Assembly (NCBI GenBank): GCA_965217185.1
Contig: OZ244252.1
Span: 928,001 to 992,000, forward strand
DNA from: an uncultured Candidatus Entotheonella sp.
Lineage (GTDB): Bacteria > Tectomicrobia > Entotheonellia > Entotheonellales > Entotheonellaceae
DNA length: 64,000 bases
Direction of reading: 5' to 3'
Both the position numbers and the translations under genes were made by a program. How positions within the stretch are numbered: position 1 is the first letter of the stretch; each line of letters begins with the position of its first letter. The notes beneath the pieces were generated by a model. The model was not told where the DNA came from and ran no database searches. It saw nothing but the letters and a program-made list of their open reading frames with translations. Below, in pieces: positions 30,166-40,320 of this stretch.

Positions 30166-30607
30166 CCATTGAACAGTGGCATCAAAAGGTGGAAGCCTCG
30201 GCTTGCTCAGAAGGATAGGGCCGCTGCCGAAAAATACGCGCCATTTTTCATCTTCGAGAAGAAAGCCAATAGGCTTGCGATCAGGATTGTTGCCCAGAGC
30301 AGGAGCATTCCCAAGAAAATTCCCCTGCGGAACTCTATCGATCCCCTCGAGTTGAAATTCAATGTTCCGGGCAGGACCCCGTCCAACATTAGTCAACATG
30401 AAATTGATGTCATTCCACTCCTGTGTGCCATGAGTCAGGTACGCAATGATTTCCGGCTCCGCGCCCACTTTCCGCAGCAATTTGTTTTCTCTGATGAGGT
30501 TCCAAGTCAGACATGTCGTAACGATTGAAAAAACTGCGATAACGCATGTCGAGATAGTGGTCACTGATACCGTGTTGGCCACAAACCAGTCCAAAATCGT
30601 ATCCATG

Positions 30608-32090
30608 GAGCCTTTTGCAAAACTGTGGAGTCATGGGGAATTATTGAGGGTAATGGGTTGGCTTAACGGGACAGGCCGTCTCTACCCGATATCATGTGTT
30701 GTGTGCTGTGTGTAACCACCACATGAGGGAGAAAACGACCATGTCCCTGCGTACCATCCTATCGAATTATGGCTTCGCCTTTCAACGAGAGCTGTTCCCT
30801 GCACTCGAAGAAGAACTCGGCCCTTTGGGAGAGCGCTACGAGTTGTTCGTCACGGTGCTCGGCTTCGTGCAGGTGGAACAATTCCTGACGTGCTTGCGTG
30901 GCCTGCCGGGGCGCCCGCAGGAGGACCGTGCGGCGCTGGCACGCGCCTTCATCGCCAAGGCGGTGTTCGCCATCACGACCACCCGGGCGCTCGTTGAACG
31001 TCTGGCCATCGACTCCCCGCTGCGTCGCCTGTGTGGCTGGAGCCGGGCCGAGGAGGTCCCCAGCGAGGCGACGTTCTCGCGTGCCTTCACTGCCTTCGCT
31101 GACAGCGCCTTGCCGAGCCGCCTGCACGAGGCGCTGATCGACAAGACCCTGCGGGATCACTTGGTCGGTCACGTGTCGCGCGATTCGACGGCGATTGAAG
31201 GACGCGAGAAACCAACGCCGAAGCCATCGGCCACCCCGAAACGGCGGCGCGGTCGTCCGCGCAAGGGCGAGCAACGGCCCAAGGCGTCGCGCCGCCTGGA
31301 GCGCCAACTGCGGATGACCCTGCCGGAGATGCTCGACGATCTGCCACGCGCCCCTGATGTCGGCGTCAAGCGAGGCGCCAAGGGCTATCAGGCATCCTGG
31401 AGCGGCTACAAGTTGCATATCGACGCGGCCGATGGCGGCATTCCGCTCAGTTGCATCCTGACTTCGGCCTCGCTGCACGACAGCCAGGCAGCGATTCCCT
31501 TGGCGACGATGACGGTCGCCCGGGTCACCAACCTCTATGACTTGATGGACTCGGCCTATGATGCGCCCGAGATCAGAGCGCACAGCGCCTCAATGGGGCA
31601 TGTTGCGATCATCGACGTTAACCCCCGTAGTACTGCGCAAGCGGCAACTGACTGCGGAGGCAAAGGCCCAGCGCAGCCTTGGCCACGTCTCCTGCGAACG
31701 CTTACGCTACCGTGAGCGCTCAACCGTGGAGCGCGTCAATGGTCGTCTCAAGGACGACTTTGGTGGCCGTCAGGTACGTGTGCGTGGCCACGCCAAGGTT
31801 TTGTGCCACCTGATGTTCGGCATTCTTGCGCTGACGGTGGCGCAGTTGGTCCGGCTACTGGCCTGAAACCGACTTGGTTCCATCCATCTGTTACAGAGGC
31901 TACACGCTCCCGCCGGGGATGCAAGGCAGAGGTCTGGCCATTCACAGGCCAAGGGGCTTCATCGTCGCAGGATGGTCACCGAGGTGAAGCGCCACAGGCG
32001 GCCCAACAGCGTATCAGAGCCAAAAACTGCCAACTATCAAAGGCCATGAGCTTCGCTCTCGACGTCGAATTGGAGTTTTGCAAGTGGCTC
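30608..32090 (+). mobile_element. Insertion sequence (IS5/IS1182-like DDE), about 1483 bp
   Basis: TIRs GAGCCTTTTGCAAAACT / AGTTTTGCAAGTGGCTC; CATG on both flanks (30604-30607, 32091-32094). Confidence 0.85.
30741..31866 (+). pseudogene. DDE transposase with a frameshift near 31635
   Basis: PSEATFSR, SRDSTAI, GYKLH, HDSQ, MDSAYD; RSTVERVNGRLK in a second frame. Confidence 0.85.
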
Positions 32091-32399
32091 CATGGTTTAT
32101 CTTCATTGGTGGCAATTTTTTCTAATCAGCACAGGCTCCAGGTTACCGTGTGGTCTTTGGCCAGTGTACGCTGGGCAGTATATGAATCCCGGCTTTGAAC
32201 TTCCGATTAGACGACAATTGTGTAAACGTCCGCGAAGGCCAAAGTCCGCTTAGATACTGGCTGAAACAGAAGTTGGCGGAACCTCCGCGGCCAACTCTCA
32301 CCGGAACGACCAGTTTGGCCCGTCACGGCCAAAATGGCGGGGCACCTAGGCTCCAAATGGGGCCAAAAAGGCTCCGAGGTGAGGGGCAGACACATTCCC

Positions 32400-33593
32400 C
32401 TACCCGCCGCACAGGACGCCATCCGCTTCAAGCTGATCAATGCACTCGGTGGAATACCCCAGCACCGTTGCGAGAATCTCGCGGTTCTGTTGTCCCACCC
32501 TGGCAACCCAGGGTTGCACACTGGCCTGGGTGTGTGAAAACAGGAAGGGCGAGTTGGGTACGCGCAATTTGCCGGCGGCGTCTTCCGTTTCCGCGATCAT
32601 GCCCCGGTGCAGGAGTTGTGGGTCGTCAGCGGCTTCTCCCACGCTGCGATACTTGGCGCAAGGAATGTGGGCGGCGTCGAGTATCCTCAGAGCCTCCGCG
32701 CTCGGCAGCCGTCGCAGCCAATCCGCGACAATCATGGTGAACGCTTCGTAGTTGGCCAGACGTTCGGTCGTGGTGGCAAAGCGAGAATCACTCAGCAGAT
32801 CCTGCCGCTCCATGCACGCTGCAAGGCTTTCGAAGTGTTTCTGGTTGAGCGGCAGAACGAGGATGAACTCGTCCCGGGTGTCGAACGGGCCGTACAGACG
32901 GTCGGGCGTCGAGGGCCAATACTGTTGCTGAAACTCTTTCGGGAAGGTGTTGAGGATGGTGTCGAACATGGCGATGTCGATGTGCTGCCCCTCCCCTGTC
33001 CGCTGCCGGTAAAACAGCGCCCCATTGATCGCGCCTAATGCTTGCAGGGAGGCCGTCGTGTCGGCGACGGGCGGTCCCATGTTGAGCGGCCGTTCAAGGC
33101 TCGGTTGATACTGCAGGTAGACCTGCTCGAAACCGCTCTCAGCCTGCACCACCGGGGCGTAGGCTGGGCGTTGCGCACTGGGCCCCGTCTGCCCGTAGCC
33201 GGAAATCGAGCACATGATGACGCCCGGGTTGGCTTGAGTCAGCGCGGCGTAGTCCAGGCCCAGCCGCGCCATGACGCCGGGGCTGAAATTCTCCACCACC
33301 ACGTCGTAGATGCGCACGAGTTGCTTGATGATTTCAGCCGCGGCGGCGTGCTTGAGATCGAGGGCCAGGCTTTTCTTACCGCAGTTGAGTTGGCTGTACA
33401 CCGCGCTGACGCCCTGACGCATCGGCGGCACGTGGCGGGCGAATTCCCCTCCCGGCGGCTCGATTTTCAACACCTCCGCCCCTAGATCAGCCATCAACCG
33501 GGTGCAGTATGGCCCGGCGATGACCGAGGTGAAATCCAGAACGCGAACGCCGTCCAACACCCGCGGTCCGGTCAATCGTCTGTTTGTTTCCAT
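32400..33593 (-). CDS. Family III CoA-transferase (CaiB/BaiF)
   Basis: LDGVRVLDF, AGPYC, LGAEVLKIE, ENFSPG, SISGYGQTGP. Confidence 0.93.
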   Translation of the reverse strand: METNRRLTGPRVLDGVRVLDFTSVIAGPYCTRLMADLGAEVLKIEPPGGEFARHVPPMRQGVSAVYSQLNCGKKSLALDLKHAAAAEIIKQLVRIYDVVVENFSPGVMARLGLDYAALTQANPGVIMCSISGYGQTGPSAQRPAYAPVVQAESGFEQVYLQYQPSLERPLNMGPPVADTTASLQALGAINGALFYRQRTGEGQHIDIAMFDTILNTFPKEFQQQYWPSTPDRLYGPFDTRDEFILVLPLNQKHFESLAACMERQDLLSDSRFATTTERLANYEAFTMIVADWLRRLPSAEALRILDAAHIPCAKYRSVGEAADDPQLLHRGMIAETEDAAGKLRVPNSPFLFSHTQASVQPWVARVGQQNREILATVLGYSTECIDQLEADGVLCGG

Positions 33594-33890
33594 GGCGGCT
33601 CCAGTTGTGTTCGTTTGATTCTGTCCCTGCTGATTCTGAGGCTCAGGATAAGAAAATGGCTCCGCAACGGCAACACGCTTGGTAGCTGCTTTGCGCTTTG
33701 AAATCTACAATTCCCCCTCTCCCTAACCCTCCACCTCACTGGGGGGAGAGAATTGTTGCTCCCCCGCCTCGCCGTGTTTGCTTGTCCGCAGGGCCAAACG
33801 TATAATCGCCCCGCCATCGACTTGGACGCATGCGACCCATCATTGACCCTCCAGAACGAACTTCGGCGACCCGCCAGCGAGGTATCCCAC

Positions 33891-35648
33891 ATGCAGATGC
33901 GATCCATCACCGCCAATCCATCGCAGCTTATCGTCGAGCAGCTTGTGGCGTCCGGCGTGAAATACGTGTTTTACAACTCCGGCTCGCGCGAGGCTCACTT
34001 CTTCGACGCGCTCTATCGGCATCCCGACATACACGGCATCCTGGCGTTGCACGAGGGCAGCGTCACGGCCATGGCCGGCGGCTACACGCAGGCCAACGGC
34101 GATGTTGCCGTGACCGTGGTCCACCTTGGCGCCGGTCTGGCGCAGTGTCTGGGACAGCTCATCAACGTCTGGACCGGCAGCCTGCCCGTCGTGGTCATCA
34201 CCTTTGCCGGCGATACAGGGAGTTTCGCTGACAAGATCGGACTCGACCTCAGCCACAACTTTGGCCCGACGGCCATCTCCGCGCCGTTTACCAAGGCCAA
34301 CTGGAGCGTGATCGATCCGGAAGGATTGCCGCAAGCCGTTGAGCGGGCCATCCGGGTGGCCAAAACGCCGCCCGTCGGTCCTGTCCATCTAGCCGTCTAT
34401 GATCGCCTGCTTGGTGCCCAGCAGGTGACCGCAAACATTATTGAAGGCGGTGCGCCTGACCCCCGGGCCGGGTATCCTGCCGATGATGATGTCGAAGCCA
34501 TTGCCCAAGCCTTGCGGGACGCCAAGCGCCCCCTGATCTACGTGGGTGACGGGGTCTGGAAGAGCGGCGCCGAAGCGCAAGCGACGGCCCTGGCGGAGCA
34601 CTGCGGCGCTGCCGTCGCCACCCTCTTCGGCGACATGCGCGGCGTACCCATCAAACACCCTCTGCATTGCGGATCGTTTGAGCCGGCGGTGGCGGCCCTC
34701 GATCCGGACCTCATCGTGTGCATCGGCGTCCGCCACGGCGGCAATGGACGGCTTGACGATTACCAGCCGTTCACCGATGCAAGACGTGTGATCGCCATCG
34801 GTCCCGATGTCGAGAACTTCGAGAATATTCCAGGGCTCGAGTTGGCCGTGTTGGCGGATGAACGCCGGACGCTCGAACGCCTGCAGCCGTTGATGCTGCC
34901 GGAGGCGGCGCCGGGGTGCTACGACGAGCGGCGGGTCTGGGCGCAGACCCAGGCAGCGCGGTTGCGCGAGGCACGTCTTGAGAGGCATCAGAACATGGCG
35001 CCCCAACCCTCACGGGTGCGGCCACTGGTCCTGGCGCAGACGCTTGACCAGGCTTTGGAGCGCCGTGGCGGCGGGCTGGTTATGATTGAGCAATTCGCCC
35101 TGCCCCTTGATTGTCTGGGGGATTCTGACGCTGGTAATAACGTCTATGTCAGACCGGCCGGCGGGTCGGAAGGCTATGGAATTGGCGCCGCGGTCGGCCT
35201 CAAACTCGCGGCGCCGGATCGTCCGGTCGTGGGTCTGGTTGGCGATGGGTCGTTGTTCTATGCGGACTCGGGACTGTGGACGACGGTGCATCACGCCATT
35301 CCCGTGCTCTACGTCATCCCCAACAACCAATCCTACGGCATCGTGGCAAATTTCTTCGGATTGGCCGACGGCGCCATGAAGCAGGCCGGTGAATACGCCG
35401 GCGTGGTTCTGGACGGCATTGATCCGGTGCAGATCGCCGCCGGATTCGGTGTGGAAGGCATGCGGGTGCAGGATGAGTCCTGCGTTGAGGACGCGATCGA
35501 GCACGGCTTGCAGGTGGTCGAGGAGGAACAGCGTCCCTTTCTCCTGGACGTCCATCTGCCCCTTGGGCTGCCCGCGGGTGGGCAAGCCGCCGCTCCCTTC
35601 CGGCTTGCGTCCGTCGAGGCCGGCGCCGGCACGGGATCATCGTTGTAG
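33891..35648 (+). CDS. ThDP-dependent enzyme (benzoylformate decarboxylase-like)
   Basis: LHEG..MAGGY catalytic Glu; GDGS...NNQSYG ThDP motif. Confidence 0.9.
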   Translation: MQMRSITANPSQLIVEQLVASGVKYVFYNSGSREAHFFDALYRHPDIHGILALHEGSVTAMAGGYTQANGDVAVTVVHLGAGLAQCLGQLINVWTGSLPVVVITFAGDTGSFADKIGLDLSHNFGPTAISAPFTKANWSVIDPEGLPQAVERAIRVAKTPPVGPVHLAVYDRLLGAQQVTANIIEGGAPDPRAGYPADDDVEAIAQALRDAKRPLIYVGDGVWKSGAEAQATALAEHCGAAVATLFGDMRGVPIKHPLHCGSFEPAVAALDPDLIVCIGVRHGGNGRLDDYQPFTDARRVIAIGPDVENFENIPGLELAVLADERRTLERLQPLMLPEAAPGCYDERRVWAQTQAARLREARLERHQNMAPQPSRVRPLVLAQTLDQALERRGGGLVMIEQFALPLDCLGDSDAGNNVYVRPAGGSEGYGIGAAVGLKLAAPDRPVVGLVGDGSLFYADSGLWTTVHHAIPVLYVIPNNQSYGIVANFFGLADGAMKQAGEYAGVVLDGIDPVQIAAGFGVEGMRVQDESCVEDAIEHGLQVVEEEQRPFLLDVHLPLGLPAGGQAAAPFRLASVEAGAGTGSSL

Positions 35649-35680
35649 ACGGTAACATTGACCTTATTCAGGAGGTTTCT

Positions 35681-36466
35681 ATGCGAGCGAATAAATTCCG
35701 CGAGTTGCTCAAGGCGGACAAACCCACCATCGGCACCCATATTCACACCACGTGGCCGTCCATTGTGGAAGCCATCGGCCACACCGGCACCTATGACTAC
35801 GTGGAATTTGTCGCCGAGTACGGCCCCTTCGACCTGTATGCCTTCGACGACATGTGCCGCGCCGCCGAGCTCTACGACATGTCGATGATGGTCAAGGTGG
35901 ATCAGGAGCCGCGGGGCTTTATCGCCCAGCGCGCCATCGGCTCCGGCTTCCAGAGCGTACTGTTTTCCGACTGCCGTTCGGCCGACGAGGTACGCGAATG
36001 TGTTGCCATTGCCCGCCCCGAAACGCCGGAGGACGGCGGCACGTACGGCGTGGCGACGCGGCGCTTTGCCTACATGGGATACGGCGGCTCCATGGACTAC
36101 GTGCGCGCCCTCCGGGACGTGGTGGTGGTCATCATGATCGAGAAAGACGGGGCGGTCGAAAACCTGGAAGAGGTGCTCTCGGTGCCGGGCGTCGACATGA
36201 TCCAGTGGGGCGGTTCGGATTACTCCATGAGCGTGGGGCGAGCAGGCCAGCGGGGCTCGCCGGAGATCAAAGCGGTTGAGCGCAAGGTGATCGAAACGTC
36301 CCTGCGCATGGGCGTGCCGCCGCGAGCCGAAATCAATACCGCCGATCAAGCGAAGTACTATCTGGATATGGGTGTGCGCCACTTCTGCATCGGCACGGAC
36401 GTGAACATCCTCTACAACTGGTGGAAGGAGCACGGGGACGACGTGCGCAAGGCCGTTACGTCCTGA
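35681..36466 (+). CDS. HpcH/HpaI aldolase family protein
   Basis: IMIEK..AVENL.E.L.VPGVD...G..DYSMS.G. Confidence 0.88.
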   Translation: MRANKFRELLKADKPTIGTHIHTTWPSIVEAIGHTGTYDYVEFVAEYGPFDLYAFDDMCRAAELYDMSMMVKVDQEPRGFIAQRAIGSGFQSVLFSDCRSADEVRECVAIARPETPEDGGTYGVATRRFAYMGYGGSMDYVRALRDVVVVIMIEKDGAVENLEEVLSVPGVDMIQWGGSDYSMSVGRAGQRGSPEIKAVERKVIETSLRMGVPPRAEINTADQAKYYLDMGVRHFCIGTDVNILYNWWKEHGDDVRKAVTS

Positions 36467-36490
36467 TCCGTTTTGGGTGGGGTTGCGGGT

Positions 36491-36961
36491 TTATCTCCCG
36501 CCGCGAAAGCCCAATTGGCGCCACGCTTCATAGAGGACGATGGCGACTGCGTTGGACAAATTCAGGCTTCGGCTGGTCTGCTGCATCGGGACGCGCAAAA
36601 CGGTGTCGACGAGCGAATGTCGCCGCAAGTCGTCCGGCAGCCCGCGCGTTTCCGGGCCGAATAGCAGCGCATCCCCTTCCCGGTACGCAACCTCGTGGTA
36701 GGCCCGCTTGCCCTTCACGCTGATCGCAAACAGGCGTGTGAACGCCGCCTCGACCGCGAACGCCTGGAACGAGACGTGCGTTTTGATGCTCGCCCACTCG
36801 TGATAATCGAGGCCGGCGCGGCGCAATCGTTTGTCATCCAAGCTGAAACCCAGCGGCTGGATGAGGTGAAGCTGCGCGCCCGTGTTGGCGGAGAGCCGGA
36901 TGATGTTTCCCGTGTTGGTGGGAATTTCGGGCTCAAATAAAACGACGTGCAGCATGGCCAT
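36491..36961 (-). CDS. trmL: tRNA (cytidine/uridine-2'-O)-methyltransferase
   Basis: [34 protein letters not shown]. Confidence 0.95.
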   Translation of the reverse strand: MAMLHVVLFEPEIPTNTGNIIRLSANTGAQLHLIQPLGFSLDDKRLRRAGLDYHEWASIKTHVSFQAFAVEAAFTRLFAISVKGKRAYHEVAYREGDALLFGPETRGLPDDLRRHSLVDTVLRVPMQQTSRSLNLSNAVAIVLYEAWRQLGFRGGR

Positions 36962-37670
36962 TTGACGGGGTAGTGCCTTGATTGTTGGAGAGGGCCCACC
37001 GCCCCCGGCGTGTCGGCAGGCGCAACGCCCGCGCCAGGGCGTTCAGAAAATGCGGTCGTTCCCAGGCCACGGCGCCAAAGTGTTCCACGTGGTCGCTGTG
37101 CATCTGGCAATCGACGAAATGAAAGCCCCAGGCGCCCAAGTGCCGGACGAGATGGACGAACGCAACCTTGGCGGCGTTGCTGCGATGGGTGAACATAGAT
37201 TCGGCGAAGAAGGCGGCGCCAAGCGAGACACCGTACACGCCGCCTGCCAGCCGACCTTCGACCCATGCCTCGGCTGAATGCGCGAACCCCAGTTCGTGCA
37301 GGATGCCGTATGCGTGCTGCATTGCCGGGGTAATCCACGTGCCCTGTTGCCCGGGCCGCTTCGTTGTGGCACACGCATGGACGACGCGGTCAAATGCGGT
37401 ATCGAATCGCACCGTGAACACGCCCTGGCGGAGCGTTTTCCGCAGACTGTGGCTGACGTGGAGATCGGCTGGAATGAGCACCGTACGCGGGTCGGGAGAG
37501 AACCACAGGAGCGGCCAGCCCTCGCCGTGCGGCCAGGGAAAAAGCCCCTGCGCGTAGGCGGCGAGCAGTCGGTGCGGGCTCAGGTCGCCGCCGTAGGCCA
37601 AGAGGCCGTCGGCGTCGGCCTCGTTTGGGTTTGGGAATGTCAGGCTGTCGGTGAGCCGGTAAATTGGCAC
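36933..37670 (-). CDS. aat: Leucyl/phenylalanyl-tRNA--protein transferase
   Basis: [44 protein letters not shown] start. Confidence 0.93.
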   Translation of the reverse strand: MPIYRLTDSLTFPNPNEADADGLLAYGGDLSPHRLLAAYAQGLFPWPHGEGWPLLWFSPDPRTVLIPADLHVSHSLRKTLRQGVFTVRFDTAFDRVVHACATTKRPGQQGTWITPAMQHAYGILHELGFAHSAEAWVEGRLAGGVYGVSLGAAFFAESMFTHRSNAAKVAFVHLVRHLGAWGFHFVDCQMHSDHVEHFGAVAWERPHFLNALARALRLPTRRGRWALSNNQGTTPSNGHAARRFI

Positions 37671-37783
37671 AAGCCCTCTGGCATGATAAGGGTGCAGGGA
37701 GATTGACGGCGATGACAACTGTCGCCCGACATCGTGATTCCGCATGATAGCCTGCCAGGGAGAAGCGTCAAGCAGGAGGCCCC

Positions 37784-38623
37784 GTGGCGACCTACGCAAT
37801 TGGAGACGTGCAGGGGTGTTTCGGCAGCCTGACGGCCCTCCTCGAGACGCTGCGGTTCGATCCGGCCCGTGACCGGCTGTGGTTCACCGGTGACCTCGTT
37901 AACCGGGGTCCGCGGTCGGTCGAAACGCTTCGTTTTGTCCATGATCTGGGCGACCGGGCCGTCACCGTGCTCGGCAACCACGACTTGCACCTGCTGGGGG
38001 TGGCGTGCGGCAGCAGGCGGCTCAAGGCCGGCGATACGCTTACGGAGGTTCTGGAAGCGCCGGACCGCGACGACCTGATCGCTTGGCTGCGCTGCCAACC
38101 GTTGCTGTACCGTGACGCCGACCGCGGTATCACCATGGTGCACGCCGGGTTGCCGCCGCAGTGGACGTTAGACGTGACGCAGGCGTGTGCCGCAGCCGCC
38201 GAGGCTAAATTGCGTGGCGCCGGTATTAAGAAGCTGATGAGGCAGATGTCAGGTAGCCAACGCGATTCGTGGTCGGCGTCCCTGCCCTACGCCGAACAGC
38301 TCGCATACATTATCAACTGCCTGACCCGCCTGCGGTACTGCGATCCGGCCGGGCGCCTGGAATTGCGGGAAAAGGGGCCGCCGGGAAGCCAGCCGGCGCC
38401 CTATCTGCCGTGGTTTGCAGTGCCGGGGCGGCTGTACGCCTCGGAAAAAATCGTCTTTGGCCACTGGGCCAGCCTTGGAACCTGCAACGAACCTGGGGTT
38501 CATGCGCTGGACACCGGCTGTGTGTGGGGCGGCGCCCTGACCGCGCTGTGCCTAGAAACCTGGGAACGTACGAGCGTTCCCTGTTGTGACTTTCTCGAAG
38601 GAGGAACCAATGCCGAAGCTTGA
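37784..38623 (+). CDS. apaH: Symmetrical Ap4A hydrolase
   Basis: YAIGDVQGC, GDLVNRGP, GNHDLH, FGHWA, LDTGCVWGG. Confidence 0.95.
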   Translation: MATYAIGDVQGCFGSLTALLETLRFDPARDRLWFTGDLVNRGPRSVETLRFVHDLGDRAVTVLGNHDLHLLGVACGSRRLKAGDTLTEVLEAPDRDDLIAWLRCQPLLYRDADRGITMVHAGLPPQWTLDVTQACAAAAEAKLRGAGIKKLMRQMSGSQRDSWSASLPYAEQLAYIINCLTRLRYCDPAGRLELREKGPPGSQPAPYLPWFAVPGRLYASEKIVFGHWASLGTCNEPGVHALDTGCVWGGALTALCLETWERTSVPCCDFLEGGTNAEA

Positions 38624-39806
38624 ACGCCTGAGCGCCGTGGTGCGCCAGGTCCTGACGTCCTTTCCATGCCTGGAGGCCGACGATGCACCATGGACGCCGC
38701 CGAGCCGGGAGCTGAAACACAGCAGCCTGGCGCTAGTCACCTCGGCGGGCCTGCACCTGCGTGCTGACAAGCCGTTCGCCGCCGACGTGAAGGGTGGCGA
38801 TACGTCGTACCGCGTCATTCCTTCGGACGCCAAAGCTACGGACATTTTGCAGAGCCACACCAGCATCGGTTTCGACCACACCGCCATCTACCGCGACCTC
38901 AACGTCACCTTTCCGCTTGACCGGCTGCGCGAACTGGTCGCACGGGGCGTCGTTGGCGGCTTGGCGCCGAATGCCTATTCGTTCATGGGAGCCCTCCGCG
39001 ACATGCGGCGCATCGTGGAAGAAACCGGCCCCGAGGTCGCACAGCGACTCAAGGATGAGGGCACCGAGGTCGTTTTTCTGACCCCCACTTGACCCCTGTG
39101 CACGCACACCGTGAGTGTGCTGGCCCGGGTCTTCGAGGCCGCCGGTCTCGTCACCGTCAGCCTCGCCATGGTCCGTGAGCACGTCGAGAAGGTGAAGCCG
39201 CCGCGGGCGTTGTTCGTCCCCTACCCCTTTGGCTTTGCTTTGGGCAAGCCGAACGACACCGATTTGCAGCACCGGATCATTGCCGCGGCGTTGGAACTCC
39301 TTGAGAAGCCAGAGGGTCCGGTCCTGGCGGATTTCCCCGAGGACGAGATTCCCGACGTGCTGCCCCAATCTTCCGGCGTCACGCGCAACGGTGACCGATC
39401 CACCGCGGACGCCGCGGATGAGATCGCCGGGCTGCGCGCGTTTTACGAGCGCTGGGTGGACGAACACGATGGCCGCACCGCCGTGGGCCTCAATGGCATT
39501 CCGCAGCGGCGCTGGCGCGGCCTCGTTCGGTTTCTTGAGGCGTACAGTCGCGGCGAAGAGGTGGACATGAAGGAGCGGCCCACCGACGTGTCGCTGCCGC
39601 AGTTCATCCGCTACTGCGTGGACGACCTCAAGGCATTCTATTACGAGGCCCGCATGGCGCAAAAGCCGTCAACGAGCGAGCCCGACCTGCACGTCTGGTT
39701 CTGGGGCGAAACGGTTATCGGCCAACTCATCCCCGCGGTTGGCGAGTATATGCAGGCCAGCGACGCCCCCGCGACGAAGGCGGTGGCCTTCGGCCTTGCC
39801 CGGTGA
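38610..39806 (+). CDS. PrdB/GrdB-like selenoprotein (398 aa, Sec161, UPLC) with a C-terminal extension
   Basis: ALVTSAG.H, GD.SYR.IP, D.N..FP.DRL.EL; in-frame TGA 39090-39092 read as TPT-U-PLC joins the two ORFs in one frame; hairpin 11 nt downstream. Confidence 0.8.
39091..39131 (+). promoter_or_regulatory. Putative bacterial SECIS
   Basis: GCACAC-CGTGA-GTGTGC (39104-39120) inside an outer GACCC/GGGTC pairing. Confidence 0.65.
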
Positions 39807-39848
39807 CAATGGGCTGACTGATGCCCGTCGCCGTAAATCGGACCGGAC

Positions 39849-40307
39849 ATGATCTACGAATGCGAACGGCGCTTGCAGATCGAGGCTCCGGCAGAGGCTG
39901 TCTGGGACTGGATGTCGGACTTACGCCGCCTCCTCCGCCTGAATCGCTTCCATGTCCGGGTCGATTGCCTTCAGCCAGTGACGGAGGTGGGCCAGTGCGT
40001 GCCCATCCGGCACAACGTCTACGGCTTGTATCGGCGCATGCGGGTCGCGCGCATTCGTGCGTATCGCCGTTATCACGTGGCGTGGGGGGAGCTTCAGGAG
40101 CACGGTAAGGACTGGTTTCCGCACAGCCAGTCCTTCACCATTCTGCCGATTGATGCCCACCGCTGCATGGTGGTCAATCGTCTGCGCGGCAAGTTTCTCC
40201 TGCCCGGCGTGCGGTATTGGCTGCTGCCAATTTACCGCCGCCTTGCGCCCCGTATTCTGGATGAGGAAAACCTGAGCATCGCAGCGCACGTCTCGGAAAC
40301 CCGTTAG
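39849..40307 (+). CDS. SRPBCC-family protein
   Basis: I.APAEAVWDW.SD N-terminal motif, 152 aa. Confidence 0.65.
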   Translation: MIYECERRLQIEAPAEAVWDWMSDLRRLLRLNRFHVRVDCLQPVTEVGQCVPIRHNVYGLYRRMRVARIRAYRRYHVAWGELQEHGKDWFPHSQSFTILPIDAHRCMVVNRLRGKFLLPGVRYWLLPIYRRLAPRILDEENLSIAAHVSETR

Positions 40308-40320
40308 CAAGGAAGCCGCC

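Larger units (their letters stand above)
28740..30606 (-). pseudogene. Membrane-anchored hypothetical protein (about 175 aa) split by an IS
   Basis: Removing the IS and one CCATTG copy restores ...DATVQW-QNLKERQFYAKYRLGVAQFIGIFPPS-stop(28740-28742). Confidence 0.8.
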
